From Podarcis tiliguerta (taxonomy: Eukaryota): a stretch of DNA of 64,000 bases. Each line of letters opens with the position of its first letter. Position 1 is the stretch's first letter. Positions 1 to 14,054 of the stretch are shown here, in pieces. The notes under the pieces are model-generated. The model did no database searches. It was given only the letters and a program-made list of their open reading frames with translations, and had not been told where the DNA came from. The position numbers and the translations under genes were made by a program. The stretch is from the NCBI GenBank assembly GCA_965153285.1, contig OZ229116.1; one strand, written 5' to 3'.

Positions 1-3000
1 CTCCCTATTTCATAATGACATAATGATGATGTCATTTACTGAGGGCAGCATGCTTTTCTCAAAGGAAACCTTCCAATTAAGCTAAGCTTTGGAATAGGTA
101 GATTGCATTGGCAAGCATGTGTAAGTGTCAAACAGGCATTTAAATTTTTTAAAATCCCGAAGTCCTTTCATTACGACCTTCAGAAATGAGCAAGCTTTTG
201 AGTCAACCAGAGCTCTTCATTAGACTGAACGTTATGCTGTGCAGGTGGGAGTAAAGCTATGGTGTCTGCCACTGGCCAAAAAAGTCCATTTTTGATGTAC
301 AGTTTTAGAAATGGTGTGGCTATGGGGTTCTCATGAAGCACGCTTGCACTACAGTACTTGCTTGGAGGGGTGTGTGTGCCATGTGGCACTTGCCATTTTA
401 GCTCACTTTCCCCATGCTGCAATACTAGAGACACGGAAAATGAGCACCCCCACATCCCAGATCATTTCTCCCAGAATGATAGCAATTGGGTTGGTTTTAG
501 CTTTTGAAGGGGGGATTGAGTCTTGCTGATGGCTGATTTTGTGTCTTTTTCCCCGCCAAGTTGAATTATGTCTTTGTCCTCTTTTTCCAGGACACATCCT
601 GTTTTTCATGGGCATGTAAAACAAGAGTTGTCATAGCCATCCATAGTTAAAAATAGAAGTCGGCAAATGTGCCCTCTTTTTTGTTCTTCAGAATATGGCA
701 ACCCTAGTTTTGCTCATATTGTTGAACTGTTGCTGGTGTGGCATCATTGTTTTATTACTGAACTGCTGTAGGTGATTTTTTGCCCCACCCCCCAGGCCAC
801 CATGGATAGGCTGGATTTGAATCTGGGTTTGGTGGGAACCCAGAAGGCTTTGCAACGGCCAATGGGGTGGAGCAATGGTCAACAAAACAGTGAGGTTCCA
901 AAAGGACAGGGAAGCCATGCGCCGGGCCACAAACCTCGCCCACCTCTGGACAGAGTGAGCAGCCGTTAGATTCAATGGCGCATTAGACTCAAGTAAATAC
1001 GGCATTTATTTAGAGGCTGCCCTTCAGAGTGGTTTCTCTCAGAGCCACTCTCTACGTGTGAAAAACAATGATGTATATATTAAAAACATCGCAAATCATA
1101 AAGCAATAAAACAGGCTCTGAAGCACAATGACACATCTACAAATCATCACCCCAGGAGATAAAAACAGACTAAAATAATGCAAATGTAAAAAAAAGAAAA
1201 GAAAAAGCAGAGAGCAAAAGCAGAGCATTAAAAAGACCAGAAGCAGGAAAGTATCATATTGTTACAAAATGTGGGTACCACCCGTTCCTTGGCCTAGCGG
1301 TGGCAAGATCCCAAGGGGCTCCATGTGCTCACCCAGGGTCTTGTGTTCCAGCGAGAATCAAGGCAGGTGGAGACTGCCGTAGTTTTAAGAAATATGACTT
1401 ATTCCCCTATTTACACCTGAGTTTGGAAGGAAGGAGTCCAGATCTTACAGCATGGTCCTCTCAAGAGTGCAACACTGGAGTCCAAGGCATCTCTTCCAGC
1501 CTGCCTCCAGGCAGCCTGCCTAAGATGGATTTCCCTCTCTGTTCTCTACCTTCTTCTTCCCAGCACACCTTGCTAAAAACTCTCATTTCCTGTCACTTCA
1601 CACCCAGTTACCTGGCAACCTTCTGTTTGCCCAGCCCCAAGAATTCCTCTCAGTTGGGCCATCAATACCTTTTGTCAAGATAACGCTTCTATCTATCCTA
1701 GGTCTAGGCCTTGGCTTGGAAAGGAAGCTTAGTCTGTATTCCCCCCCCCCCAACTCGATTGCAATCTTCGCTTCAGTACTCCAAATAATTAAAATCCTAT
1801 TGTTTATTAATTTCTAAGGTTTGGAGGCATCTCACCCACAGACCTATAACACCATTTATTTAACTTTTGTGCTCCGTTTTGAGGTTTCAAGGGTAGAGGA
1901 GGTTGTTGTTGAGCCTACTTTTTTTGAGCCCCAGGAACAGCACAGCCTCTTTCCCACCCCTCCGCTTCATACAATTATGGACAAGAGGAGTTTTGCATTC
2001 AACTTGCCCACTCTGTTTGTATTGGAGGCTATTATTTTACCTGTTTTCCAATGGTGGAACAGGATTAAGGAGACTAAAAATAATTTCTAAATGGCACTTG
2101 AGCGGTAAACACTACAATGAGAGGGGGGGGGGACTCAGTATGCATGATTTTTTTAAAAAAAGCACTAATTCACATTCAGAAGGGAGCCTGCTGGCTTCCT
2201 AGAAAACATGGAACATATGAACTGAAGTAGGAAATAAGATGGGGAGTATATGGGCAAAGGCACTTACAGATTTTTTTAAGGCAGGGTGGAAGGTGTCTCC
2301 TCTATGTACTAAGGCAGCAGAGAGTGAAAAGGAAACTGAAGGAAGGTTGTTTTTGTCCTAGTTTGGGACAGATGCATACCGTCCATCTAAATCACATCCA
2401 ACACATGTTTAAAGCACATGAATGCCCCCCAAATAATGCTGGTTACTGGAGTTTCCTGCAGCCAATTGGAAGCTGCGCCTTGGTTTCCGAACGTTTTGGA
2501 AGTTGAACGGACTTCCGGAGTGGATTCCATTCGACTTCTGAGATACCACTGTACAAGGAAAACAGAGCTTAGTCGTTATACAGAAAAGAAATAAAAATGG
2601 TGGCTGCATTTGAAGCACATCCAACACACATTTATAGCATGCTATAAACTCATTCTTATTGGCACCATTAGCCATTGAGAATGAAAGATAGCATATGTTG
2701 TTGTTGCTGGCATCCGCCTTTCTCATGGAGTGCACCTCCAGGGGTGAAGTCAAATCGCTGCATTAGCAGCACAAAAATGACTTCTCTTGGGCGCAAGCCT
2801 GGGCCGTATGTATGGAGGTCCTGAACTGTCCAAACACCCCCCTCAGCCTTGCTGTTCTTGTCCAAAGGAAAGCAGAGCACTACTTTTGGCACCAGCTTGT
2901 CTGCAGGAGTTGCTGGAAGGAGGCATACAAAACACTATCCAACCATCTTAGAGATAATATATATGTCAGGGGCATTAAGAGAAAAGTGTTTATTTGATTG

Positions 3001-4151
3001 TTGCCTCTCACTCTTCCCTTTTTCCTCACCCACTTTATGTTTTGGCCCTGTGGTAAAGAAATCTCCAAGTCATTTAGAATGTTTTAAAATCTCTCATTAT
3101 AACATAATGTCCTCAGCTTTCCTTTCATATACTGGAGGGAATCCAAGAAATTTGTTGGGTTCTTTTGTCAGGCAAAACAATATGAGGGAAATAAGACTCA
3201 AGCAGATCAAATGAGCAGTGAAAAACCCTAAAAAACAACAACAAAAGCTGACATAAAAGTCTGGCAGGAAATGTTTTGCAGTTCATTAAAAAAGAAAACC
3301 AAATAAATATTCTAAAAGCTTTTCAGAAGAAAGCCATTTACATTTTCTAAAATAGCAAAATATTATGTTGCACAGTTCTGCCTGAAAAATAGGCAATGCA
3401 TTCTAAGTAGACGAGATGGAAAAAATAATCCACTTAGAGATTTCAGTAAATAAAATATCCTTTTAGAAAAAAATAAATCGTGTCAAAGGAGAATGAATAG
3501 ACTAGGGGCATACCAGAAATTTGTTCTTAAAGCCAGCCATACTGTATGTATATTTTCCATACAATGAGTTTGAAAAACAAAGGAACCCTTTTTGATATAC
3601 AAACTCTCTTAAGAAGCCAGAGAAAGAAAGACCCAAAGAATATAGAAGAATAACAATGCAAGTGAAAACACACATAAAAAATGGCTGTGTTTGTTAGTTC
3701 AGACGAAGGGTATGAATTGCCTTCCTTCCAAGTTATTTCATACCGCAGACAGTTTTCAAGACGGTTGTTTTCTTCCTGGGGCTGGCCATCTCATTAACAG
3801 TGTCATGTTTCATTTTCCCACTCAGAAACATCTTAACCACTTGCCCCCACCACCTGGAAGTGGGCAGGCAAAATAAATATTTTAAAAACTCATAAACATA
3901 GACTGTTGATGTCCTCTGCAGACTGGTTCATTTAAAAGAGGGCATCAGTGGTAGCACCAGGCAGAATAGTGGGATAGGAATGCATAGAAGGGGCAAATCA
4001 TGTTCTGGGAAGAGTGGAAGGTTTGTCTCATGCATCGAATTTCTGAGACAGAAAATAGCTGTATATTTCACATGAATGCTCTCATCCTAAACATATTTTC
4101 TTTGAAGGAAGTCTTATTAATCTTGAGGGAATTAACTTCCAAGTAGGCATT

Positions 4152-4286
4152 CCAGACCCTCCAAGTGTCCCTATTTCCAGGGGCAGTCCTGGATTTACAG
4201 AAGCCGTCCCAGTTTCTGATTTTATCCCAGAATGTCCCGCTTTTCCTTAGGACGTCCTTATTTTCATCAAAATGTTGGAAGGTATG
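4152..4286. mobile_element. Short MITE, inverted homolog at about 17107-17245
   Basis: CAGACCCTCCAAGTGTCCC...ATGTTGGAAGGTATG aligns with the reverse complement of 17107-17245. Confidence 0.75.
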
Positions 4287-5687
4287 AAGCAAATATGATA
4301 CTGATAAGTTCTGAAGATGTGTACACATCAGAGCGCATCCAATTCAGTGTGTTTGGATATGGTTGCTGCAACTGAGCAACGCTCAGGGATATATTTTGCA
4401 TAATTATTTCTAGTCAGTTGGTTTGATGTTCCGGAAACTTGTTAAATAAACCTTGTTCTGTTGCTTATAGGTTTAGTTCACAGCACTACAGTATATAAAC
4501 AGTTCTTGAAGGCGGAGATGGGCTAGACATTCTCCATCTCTGGTTTCAAAACTACTGGGGTCAGCATTATTTTTGCTGCTGCCTAGATTGTGTTCTTGTA
4601 TATTTTTATTGTGAATTGTCAATGGATTGTTTAATTTTATTGAATTGTATCCAATGAGAGTCCAATTCAGAGTAAAGCCATTAAAGTCTAATAGACATGA
4701 CTAACTTTGGTTCATTGATTTAGATGGGTTTACTCTGAGTGGAACTTAGTTTCATACAACATATTGTAGGTTTATTCATTTGAGATGTTTTCATTAGCCT
4801 AATGTTATTTTGTTGTGTCTTGTAATTGTCCTTTGTTTTAAACTCCTTTTTAATATTGTGGGGTTTGGTTTTTTTAGATTGCTGTGAGCCATTTTGAGCA
4901 TGATTTGCCATGGAAAGTAGCATACAACTAAAATGACGATGATGAGAAGAATCCACAAAGTGTTCACCTTGTTGGGATTACACTCCTCCCGTGCTGCAGA
5001 TACGTGGGTTTGCTTTTCATCCCCCTGTTCCGACACACCTAAGATATTGGTGGTGGCTGAGGTAGAGGGAAATACAACGGTGGTTCCACTGCCTTACACT
5101 TTGCCCTGCTAGCCTGGAATCGGCAGGGCCAGAGCAACACTATTGCGTTCCTTTGTCTGTTTCCTTTTTTGCTTTGTTTTTAAATTAGCGTTTTGCCCTC
5201 CTATTTGAAACAATATTAAATCATGGTATGAACCAACGATGATCCCAGCATCTGCATCCCACAAGCAGGAGGTTGCAGTTGCCCAGATGATCCTCCAGAG
5301 CCCAGCGCCATAGCCAAAGCAAACAAAGACTATAATTCAGCCATTCATCATCCCTTACGCGTGAGTGGTTTTCAGTCAACAAGCTTATCCTACCTTACTT
5401 AAACCAAGTGTCCTTTGGGCATTGCTAGGAGAAGTCTAAGCTCTTTCAGCAAGAGCAAGTTGACTGCTTAAGAATAAGACTTGAGGGGTGAAAGGTTGGC
5501 TTGGGTTAAGCCCTGTGACATGACACTTAACTGGCATGACTCAGGATGCCCCCCAAAATTCCCCACATGTATCCTTTGTCATATAATGGCTCATACGTCT
5601 AAGTCCACACTTTGTTAAGGGGGAAAAGGCCCTTTCATATTCCATGATCAGCTTTTCCTGTAACGGGGCGAACATTGCATCCCGTTA

Positions 5688-5761
5688 TGGGGATTCGAAC
5701 CGCTGACCTTCTGATCTGCAAGCCCTAGGTTCTGTGGTTTAGACCACAGTGCCACCTGTGT
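5688..5761 (-). mobile_element. Sauria SINE 5' fragment
   Basis: Reverse complement of the head of the 6217 copy. Confidence 0.75.
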
Positions 5762-6216
5762 GGAGCCAAATGCAAAAGTGGATAGAGTCTGAAGAAGTGG
5801 GAAGGTCCAAATATGTGGCTCTCACTTCTGCATCGTAGGCTACATTGCTGAGAAATTGCAGCCAGAGGTTTTTGCACATATGCAAACACATCTCTCCATC
5901 TCTCCAAGCAAGCAAGAGGCGTTGCCACAATTCAGTGACACATTCTAGCACTTGAGGATGACATAGCCTGTGAATGCTATGCCCTGGGGAGGCTGGATGC
6001 CCTGGAGAAAGTCCTCAGGGCTGGATAGAGAGGCCTGGAGGTCTGCACCTAACCACCCCTCCTTACAAGAAAGCTGCAGGATTATAGCCACTATCGCACT
6101 CAAGAATTATTCTCTCTCATGCATGTCCTTTTTTACACAATCACAGATTTTTTTAAAGAAAGAAAACCAAAAAATCCACTCATTGTTTATATTTAGGCAC
6201 CTGGTAGCCTAGAGCA

Positions 6217-6560
6217 AGGACGTGGGTGGTGCTGTGGGTTAAACCACAGAGCCTAGGACTTGCCGATCAGAAGGTCGGTGGTTCGAATCCCCGTGACGGG
6301 GTGAGCTCCCGTTGCTCGGTCCCTGCTCCTTCCACCCTAGCAGTTCGAAAGCACGTCAAAGTGCAAGTAGATAAATAGGTACCACTCCGGCGGGAAGGTA
6401 AACGGCGTTTCTGTGCGCTGCTCTGGTTCACCAGAAATGGCTTTGTCATGCTGGCCACATGACCCGGAAGCTGTACGCCGGCTCCCTCAGCCAATAAAGC
6501 GAGATGAGCGCCGCAACCCCAGAGTTGGTCACGACTGGACCTAATGGTCAGGGGTCCCTT
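6217..6560 (+). mobile_element. Sauria SINE (Squam1), full length
   Basis: GGACGTGGGTGGTGCTGTGGG head, B-box GGTTCGAATCC, typical body; 12-bp TSD TAGCCTAGAGCA (6205-6216 / 6561-6572). Confidence 0.92.
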
Positions 6561-6570
6561 TAGCCTAGAG

Positions 6571-6685
6571 CAGGGCTGGCAAAGCTGTGGCCCCCTCCAG
6601 ATACCATTGGACTCCAACTCACATCAGTCCCAGCCAGCATGCCCAATGGTCAGAGATGATGGAAGTTGTAGCCCAAAGGCATATG
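6571..6685. mobile_element. Abundant ~110-130 bp non-autonomous DNA-element family (also about 24790-24905, 35185-35300, 36345-36450, 52240-52370, 55490-55620, 63640-63770)
   Basis: Shared self-complementary core GACTACAACTCCCATCA...TGATGGGAGTTGTAGTC. Confidence 0.7.
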
Positions 6686-9109
6686 GCCTACATCTCAAAA
6701 ACAAAAATACTAGTGTGGATTGAGCTAGTCCTGCTGCTCACTAAACAATGTTTCACTTCTTTTCCTGTCGTACTCTCCTTGTTGGGGGTCCCTTTGGAGC
6801 CCCCTCTGCAAATGGCTCCTTGTGGCATGATGTAATTTTTTAAAGGATGCAGTGAAAATGCAGGTGCAGCTAATGGGAGCAAACTGATTGTGCCTCATTA
6901 TCTCCTGGAGTCTCTGACAAAAAAGGGGCAAGGGGACTTTCACGGCTGTGTTCTATGGTGTAATTACACAACAATGCCCCATTAAAGGCTTCACTTTATA
7001 ACAGCAACGTTCTCTTCTAAATCAGATTATTGTTACGATTAGCCGTCCATTTAAAGAGATAAATACCGGTAATTAGGGTGTTCCTCATGATGGATTGTTA
7101 TTAATAGGTGGCAGATGCTCAGTGATACTCCTGTTGGCAGCTTCCTAGACAATTATTTTCATTAACGCCAACAATATTTTCTTGCAACACAAACAAAAAA
7201 AGATATACCCAACCATGCAGACTAATCAAAATATTATAGCATTTTTTTATGTTCTTGATTGTGTTTCTGGATGCTGTTCAGACCAATACTATATATTCAA
7301 GAGTCAAATAATAGAATACAGAAGATACTCCCTTTATGCTTACATGTACTCCAACTATCATCCCCTTTTAATATATATAAAAACCACTGACGGTTTTTAT
7401 TTTCTAGCAATTGCCCCAGGTAAACCACTGTCCTGATTTTGCCTTTGGGAGGTTATGAAGGATCACTGAGAATCTACCACATCTCTCCTGCGGAAATGCC
7501 ATTCTTGGTTTTTCACAACAGGGAAGGAAAGCATTTTCTCTCTCAGGGGCCACACAGGGGAAAGTAAGGGGGGCAGGTTTTAGGATTGATTGGCATTCTT
7601 GTCTTCATTGGACCATCTGGGTGCATCACTTCCTCTCTTTCTCTTTGTGCTTCCCCCTTCCATCTCTCCATCCAACTAGGCTTTACTCCCCTTTCACCAA
7701 TCCAATAAAAGAGGTCAGAGCTGATTGCATGCATTTGCCTCTTTCCATCACTCCATCCATTTTGGCTCTATCCATTTCTGTTCCCCCAACTCTCCTCTCC
7801 AGGCCTCTGTTTCCTGTGGCTCACTGCAGGGGGTTTTCTGTTCTGGGATCACTGCGCATGCCTCCTTCTATACCTCTGATGCACACCCACGCCTTAGAAG
7901 AAGCAGAAGCAATTCCCCAAAGGATGGAGGTGGGTTTGCAGTATCTGGAGAGCTGCATGAACTTAGGGCGGAGACTTTGGGTATTTGACCACTGCTCTAG
8001 ATCAATGTCTGAAGGAATCGAGAGAGATGCCAGGGTGGGGGGTGGGGAGAAGAGGCCCAAGGAGGATGACCAGGATGACCAGGAGCCTGGAAATCAAGTC
8101 CTTTGCAGAATAGTTGACAGAGCTGAGTATGTTTAGCTTGGAGATCCTACATCATGCAATGCTTTGACCTTCCAAGTCCCCATGCACCTTCCAAAATGTT
8201 TTATTCTGTGCTGCTATTCTGTAACAACTACAACCAGGTCCATTACTGGAGTAAACATAATAAAAGTGGGGAGTTTTTTTGAGGGGGGGGTAGAGAAAGA
8301 AACAAGTAGTTTACTAGAACAGCAGACACACCAGCAGAGAAGTGGGGCTTGTTTGTGGGGTTTTCAGGCACATTCTGAACTGGAGTCATTCTCACACAGC
8401 CATAAAGCACTGCTTTATCAAAACTGTCAGGATGCCTTATCCAGAAAGCCATGCTATGGACGAAAAACAATAAATCCAAATAAACCCCATCTCTAGCTAT
8501 TATTGTTGGAACAGTATTTGCATCCTCCTCTAAGGGAGAGCCATGTTTTAAAATACTGGGAGACCAAGTTTCTGGAGTCTTCCAGTAGCGTAATAATAAT
8601 AATAATGGCTGACAGAATTCCATAATAGACTGAAATGGGCCTGCCGCCTCTCAGCATTTACAAGTGCTCTCAGCTTGTGGAGATAAAATTGTCAGAGTAG
8701 CTTTAGCAGTAGCAATGACTGAAGTATCTGGGGGAATAATGAGAGATAGTCTCTAGAGAATTGAATATGCACTTTCCACAATATGGTAAATATTTGCTGG
8801 CCATAAGATCAGTTTTGGGGATGGCTCATTTTTTTAGGCCAAGATTTGTGGAATGCTCTCCCCAGGGAGGCTCACCTGGTGCTTTCATTATACATCGTTA
8901 GGCAATATGTGAAAACAGTCCTCTTCAATCAGGCCTTGGGCTGATTAATATTCTAGGGCCTTTTAAATGTGTTGGTGGGAGGGGAGAGAATTGTTTCATT
9001 TTAACTAAAACTAGTACAGCTTTTAGCCCCTACTTTTATCTTGTGACCTGCCCTGAGATCTTCAGATGAACGGTGGTATATAATAATATATACCACTCAT
9101 AATATATAT

Positions 9110-9348
9110 GAGAGCCAGTGTGGTGTAGTGGTTAAGAGCGGTAGTCTCATAATCTGGTGAACCGGGTTCGCGTCTCCGCTCCTCCACATGCAGCTGCTGG
9201 GTGACCTTGGGCAGTCACACTTCTTTGAAGTCTCTCAGCCCCACTCACCTCACAGAGTGTTTGTTGTGGGGGAGGAAGGGAAAGGAGAATGTTAGCCGCT
9301 TTGAGACTCCTTAAAGGGAGTGAAAGGTGGGATATCAAATCCAAACTC

Positions 9349-9378
<30 letters not shown>
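9110..9378 (+). mobile_element. MIR/Ther1-derived squamate SINE (Squam3-like) with (TAA)n tail
   Basis: A-box GTGGTGTAGTGG, B-box GGTTCGCGTC, CORE-like GTGACCTTGGGCAGTCAC, L2-like 3' end, microsatellite tail. Confidence 0.8.
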
Positions 9379-9379
<1 letters not shown>

Positions 9380-12300
9380 TTGACTTTATTTTTTCTTTTT
9401 ATAAAGTGAAGGGAGGGATGTGAGAAGGCACTGATTTCTGTTCTGACCTGTGTTGCTCGCATGCAGTGCTGTCTCAGTTCTGCTGCAGTTTGGCCTCCAA
9501 GAAAAACAGGGTTCCTTGTCATGCTGTCTGCTGTGATGGAATTTTACACCCTTAATTACATTAATGAATTACAAAATGAATTAGGTGGTTTGAAGCTGAC
9601 TTATTTCACACAGATCATATTTAAGATCTGTTAGGTTTGGACAGTACAACTAGCTGCAGTAGTTCCTTTCCAAAGGGAGTGAAAACTTTCAAACTCCTCC
9701 TTGCAGCAGAAGCAGCAGGAGAAGCGAAACAGCCTACAACACACTGAGGCTCATTCTCATCTAGTCCTGGGCCCCATGAAGGGAACATGTAGTGCAGACT
9801 TTGGCATTTCCTATGTCTACTGCATCACTCTGGTTGACCTTTTATTTTAGAGGTTTGAATTCAGACTTACTTAGAGTAGCCCCACTGGAAACCATGGGTC
9901 TATGCTAAGTCTGATTCAACCCCATAGTTCAAAGCACATGGCAGATCAGATGCTCTGTGACTTGCTGCAATTAGAGGCACAATTAATCAGAAGCAGGGGA
10001 AGGGAAAACCACGCTGGTCTGTGCCAACCTCGCTAGAATCATCACAATTCAGGCTTCTGGACTAGCTGCTTTTACACTTGCAGTTGATGGCATTTCTGGC
10101 TCCTGATTATGAAGGGTATGAATGCCGCTGTGATGTTTCTGGGAAAAAGCCAGAACAATATCCCAGCTTGCTTTGGCTTTGTTCAACAACTGGTAGCAAT
10201 GTTGCCACGAGGGCTTACTTGGAAGCTTTGAAGGCAAAAAATGAAATGGAAAGTTGGAACATGCTGTTCAGTAAACAAAAATCCTCTCTGTGTTTCTGGG
10301 TTGTTCAGCATAGCAGGATAACCATCTGTGTTGCTAGGGAGAATCTTACAAACAAAAAAACTGCAAAGCAGGGTGGGGGGAGCCCCCCCAGTTTTTCTCC
10401 TCCCCCCTGCAAGACTCTTATCAACAAAGCAGCTCATAGTTCTCAATGGGTTGGTTTTTTTGCTAAGTTTTCTTTGTGCGTTGCAGATTTGTAATACCAG
10501 GAAGCCCAGATAATTTTAGTTTCTTCATATTTTAGACAATTTAGCTAAACAATATATTGCTTCTGCTTCAGAAAATGCATTATTCTTGACACTCTGCTTG
10601 ACGGGAACTATTGGAGGCTTTCCCAACAGTTTCAGAAATGAATTTGGAATATTTTTCATGGATGTTAGACTTTCATCCCATCACACCGAAAAGTTGATAT
10701 GGACAGGCAGGCAGCAAATTGAGTGTGGCCGAGACAGCCATTGACATTTGGATCTTATCCACCCCAGATGGCTTGTGAAAGCTACTCTTCTCCCTTAGCC
10801 ACAGCGGCTCTACTGCAAAATGGACATGTTCTAAGTTTAAAATTCAGTTGCTGATCCACTTAACTTCAATACATGGAACGGGGAAGGAGGTACCATCTTG
10901 TCCTTTGCCTGAGGTGGCAAAATGTCTAGGACCAGCCCTACGAGTTAATAAGGTTCTTTTAGGTACAATTTTAATCTGTGTGCCATTTTTTAGGGATAAG
11001 GCATTGGGAACCAGTCACCTATACCTGTTTGTATGCAGTTGAACTGAAACTGGATTTCCATTTCCCACAAGTATGCCATTTAGGAAAGAAGGCATTCTCC
11101 CATTGTGCTTTCATATCCTGTCCAGCAATTCCTAGAAGGCACATATATCTATTGCCTGTGCATGTGCGGCATTTTGCATGTGCGGCAATTATTTTTGAAA
11201 TAAGCAGATTACTAAGGGCCTCTCCAGACTGCTTTTTTAATGATATATTTTGCAACATGTCATTGATACAATAATAGAGCATTAGTGGTGGATTTCCAGT
11301 GGACCATCCACACACCTGTTTGCTTTATTAGTTGTACACTCGTGCACTATAACACAACAAAAGTGTGACAACTCCTCCATTTGCCCCCCCATTCCCCTCC
11401 CAAAAATTGTGGTGTGAAAAGTTGCAGGATCTTAGCAGGAAGTTATGGGATAGACACTGATTGACAACGTAAAAGTATGTCTGCCTTGAAACATTTGCAG
11501 GTGCAAACAGTATTGAAAGGGGATCACATGTAACTGCCCCAATACCATTATGAGCACAAATCATATTGAATGCAGAGTAAAAAGAACATCTGGAGGAACC
11601 ACAATTATGCGCTAGGAATGCATGCGAAGGGCAAAGTCCGTTGCCTGTGTAAGAAAGGGCAAGACAACCGATCTGTGTTCATAACATATTCTGCGGTGTT
11701 CAAACAAGGCGAAGAAGGAAATAACTTTGCCATGTGTCTTCCCCTCTTCCTGAAATGATAGTCCCTTTTCTGCCCACCAAGGTTTCCCAACACTCAATTA
11801 TTTTACAGCTAGAAGCAGTTGTCTTGAATTTTAAAAACTTCTAGCCGAACTTCAAATATGTACCAGGTTTTGAAAGTAATCCCTCTTGGGGGCCATATGC
11901 GAAAATTACTTAAACCTCCCTGATGTTTTTCCTGGAGATGAAAGCAATCATATTTCTTATGTCCATTTGTTTCCTGTCCTTCCTGCCGGTAGCATAGAGC
12001 AATCTAGGAAAGTTAGTGTCTTTGCCCTCCAGGTCTCCAAATGAACTTCAGAGCTGGTGGAGGGTGGGAGGGAACTGGACATGGGTTTTGCACATCCAGC
12101 CCAACACCCTGGTCCTTAGCCCACCTGCTGCTCTCTCCAGATGTTCTTGGCTTCCAACACCTATCAGCCCCAGCCAACATCTGGAAGCCACCAGGTTGGT
12201 GGCTACTGCTCTAGGCAGTGCCCCATACTGGGGAGTTTTGCTGGCACTTCTTCTGATTTTAAATTTTTTGAAAAGAGAAAAGATTTTGCCTGGTTACAAA

Positions 12301-12947
12301 AAAAGGTGAAATACATTTCAGTCCCAGTCAATGTTTAAGTGAGCAATGCTTAAATTTTACCTGGATTGCAGCCAATCTGTTTGGCTCACAGTGAAGGCTC
12401 ATGGAAGGTGGAGAAAAGCTGCAGCTGGTTAAATAGAGAGGGAAGCAGTGAATAACATCATGAACAGAGCCACAAAACCAAATCTTTCCCATTCTCTCTA
12501 CTGGCACCTTATATAACTGGTTGAGCCAAATGAGGCCTTTGCTTTAAGTCTCCTGTTTGGCATTCTATTTGCTTGTAAGCCTGGTTTGTTTGCAATAAAA
12601 CAACTCCCTTGTATATTGAAATGTCATAGAGGCATGTGTGGTATGCACATTCAGGACACAAACCCATCTTTCAAGTTCAAATAGCAGCATGACTTCAATT
12701 GCCATCATCAGAGTTGGGAACATAAAAATGCAAAAAAAGTATTAGCGGTGGTGAAAAGGGGAAAGGAAGAGGCAGTTATCTTTAATTCCAAATTATTTTG
12801 GAACCCAGAAGTGTAGACCCACTGGAATCAATGGACTGAACTAACAAGCTGATTTATTTGAAGGGCTCTGCTCTGAATGTGACTAACTTCGATGCTATCC
12901 AAAATATATTAGACTTACATTGTATAGAAATGCAAAGGTTAAAAAAA

Positions 12948-13311
12948 GTTAAAGGTAAAGGACCCCTGGACAGTTAAGTCCAGTCAAAGGCAACTATGGG
13001 GTGTGGTGCTCATCTTGCTTCAAGCTGAGGGAGTCAGTATTTGTTCACAGACAGCTTTCCAAGTCATGTGACCAGCATGACTAAACCGCTTCTGGCACAA
13101 TGGGACACCGTGATGAGTGCCAGAGTGCACACAAACGCCATTTACCTTCCCGTCGCAGCGGTACCTATTTATCTACTTGCACTGGTGTGCTTTTGAACTG
13201 CTAGGTTGGCAGAAGCTGGAGCAGAACAACAGGGGCTCACCCCGTTGCAGGGATTTGAACTGCCAACCTTCTGATCGGCAAGCCTAAGAGGCTCAGCGCC
13301 ACCCGCTCCCC
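12948..13311 (-). mobile_element. Sauria SINE, older/diverged copy
   Basis: (AAAGGT)n tail and body alignable to the other copies; small deletion near the 5' end. Confidence 0.88.
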
Positions 13312-13423
13312 TCATACAAATGTACCTGCTTGTGACTCAGCTAGGATTTACAAAGCCGTAGAAAAGAATATGCTATTGTGCCTTAAAGTAGGGAAAAGCA
13401 GAATGGATGGATTCAAGCATATA

Positions 13424-13663
13424 AAGGTAAAGGGATCCCTGACCATTAGGTCCAGTCGTGGCTGACTCTGGGGTTGCAGCACTCATCTCGCTTTATTGGC
13501 CGAGGGAGCTGGCGTACAGCTTCCGGGTCATGTGGCCAGCATGACTAAGCCTCTTCTGGCGAACCAGAGCAGCGCACGGAAACGCCGTTTCCCTTCCCGC
13601 CAGAGCGGTACCTATTTATCTACTTGCACTTTGACATGCTTTTGAACTGCTAGGTTGGCAGGA
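13424..13663 (-). mobile_element. Sauria SINE, 5'-truncated
   Basis: 13-bp TSD ATTCAAGCATATA (13411-13423 / 13664-13676). Confidence 0.92.
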
Positions 13664-14048
13664 ATTCAAGCATATACTGGACCTCAAACGTCTTGCACAA
13701 AAAAGAGCTGGAGGGTTTTCTTTTTTTGAAAAGAAAAAGTTGGAGCATTGTCAATGATCACTCTATGGGTTGAAGCACACAAGAGAGATGGCTCCCACTA
13801 GAAGGACAGGAGATGGAGCAGAGACTTGATCTTAAACCAGAAAGACTTGGGACCCTTGAAATGAGACCCCTTGATCAGGATCAGCTTTGGTGCCAAGATT
13901 AGCACCACTTGGGGGGATATTTCTGTCCAGCCAAACCTTTGCTGTTTTCCAGCTTTGTCCTCCCCTGCCATTTAAAATCAGGGTGGAGGGTGTTACATAT
14001 TATAAGTAATACACACACCAGTTGTGCTCTGATTTCTAAACGGTTGCT

Positions 14049-14054
14049 TTTATT
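14049..14054 (-). terminator. Likely SCGN polyadenylation signal (AATAAA)
   Basis: TTTATT on + strand about 500 nt downstream of the SCGN stop, followed on the minus strand by a GT-rich stretch. Confidence 0.6.

Noticed and set aside
7621-8136. 171-aa ORF (+) and overlapping minus-strand ORFs
   Set aside because: Non-ATG start, no recognisable domain, no phase-consistent neighbouring exons.
1-14000. Absence of the histone/SLC17A genes that follow SCGN in human, as a synteny break
   Set aside because: Only 14 kb is visible, too little to infer loss or rearrangement.
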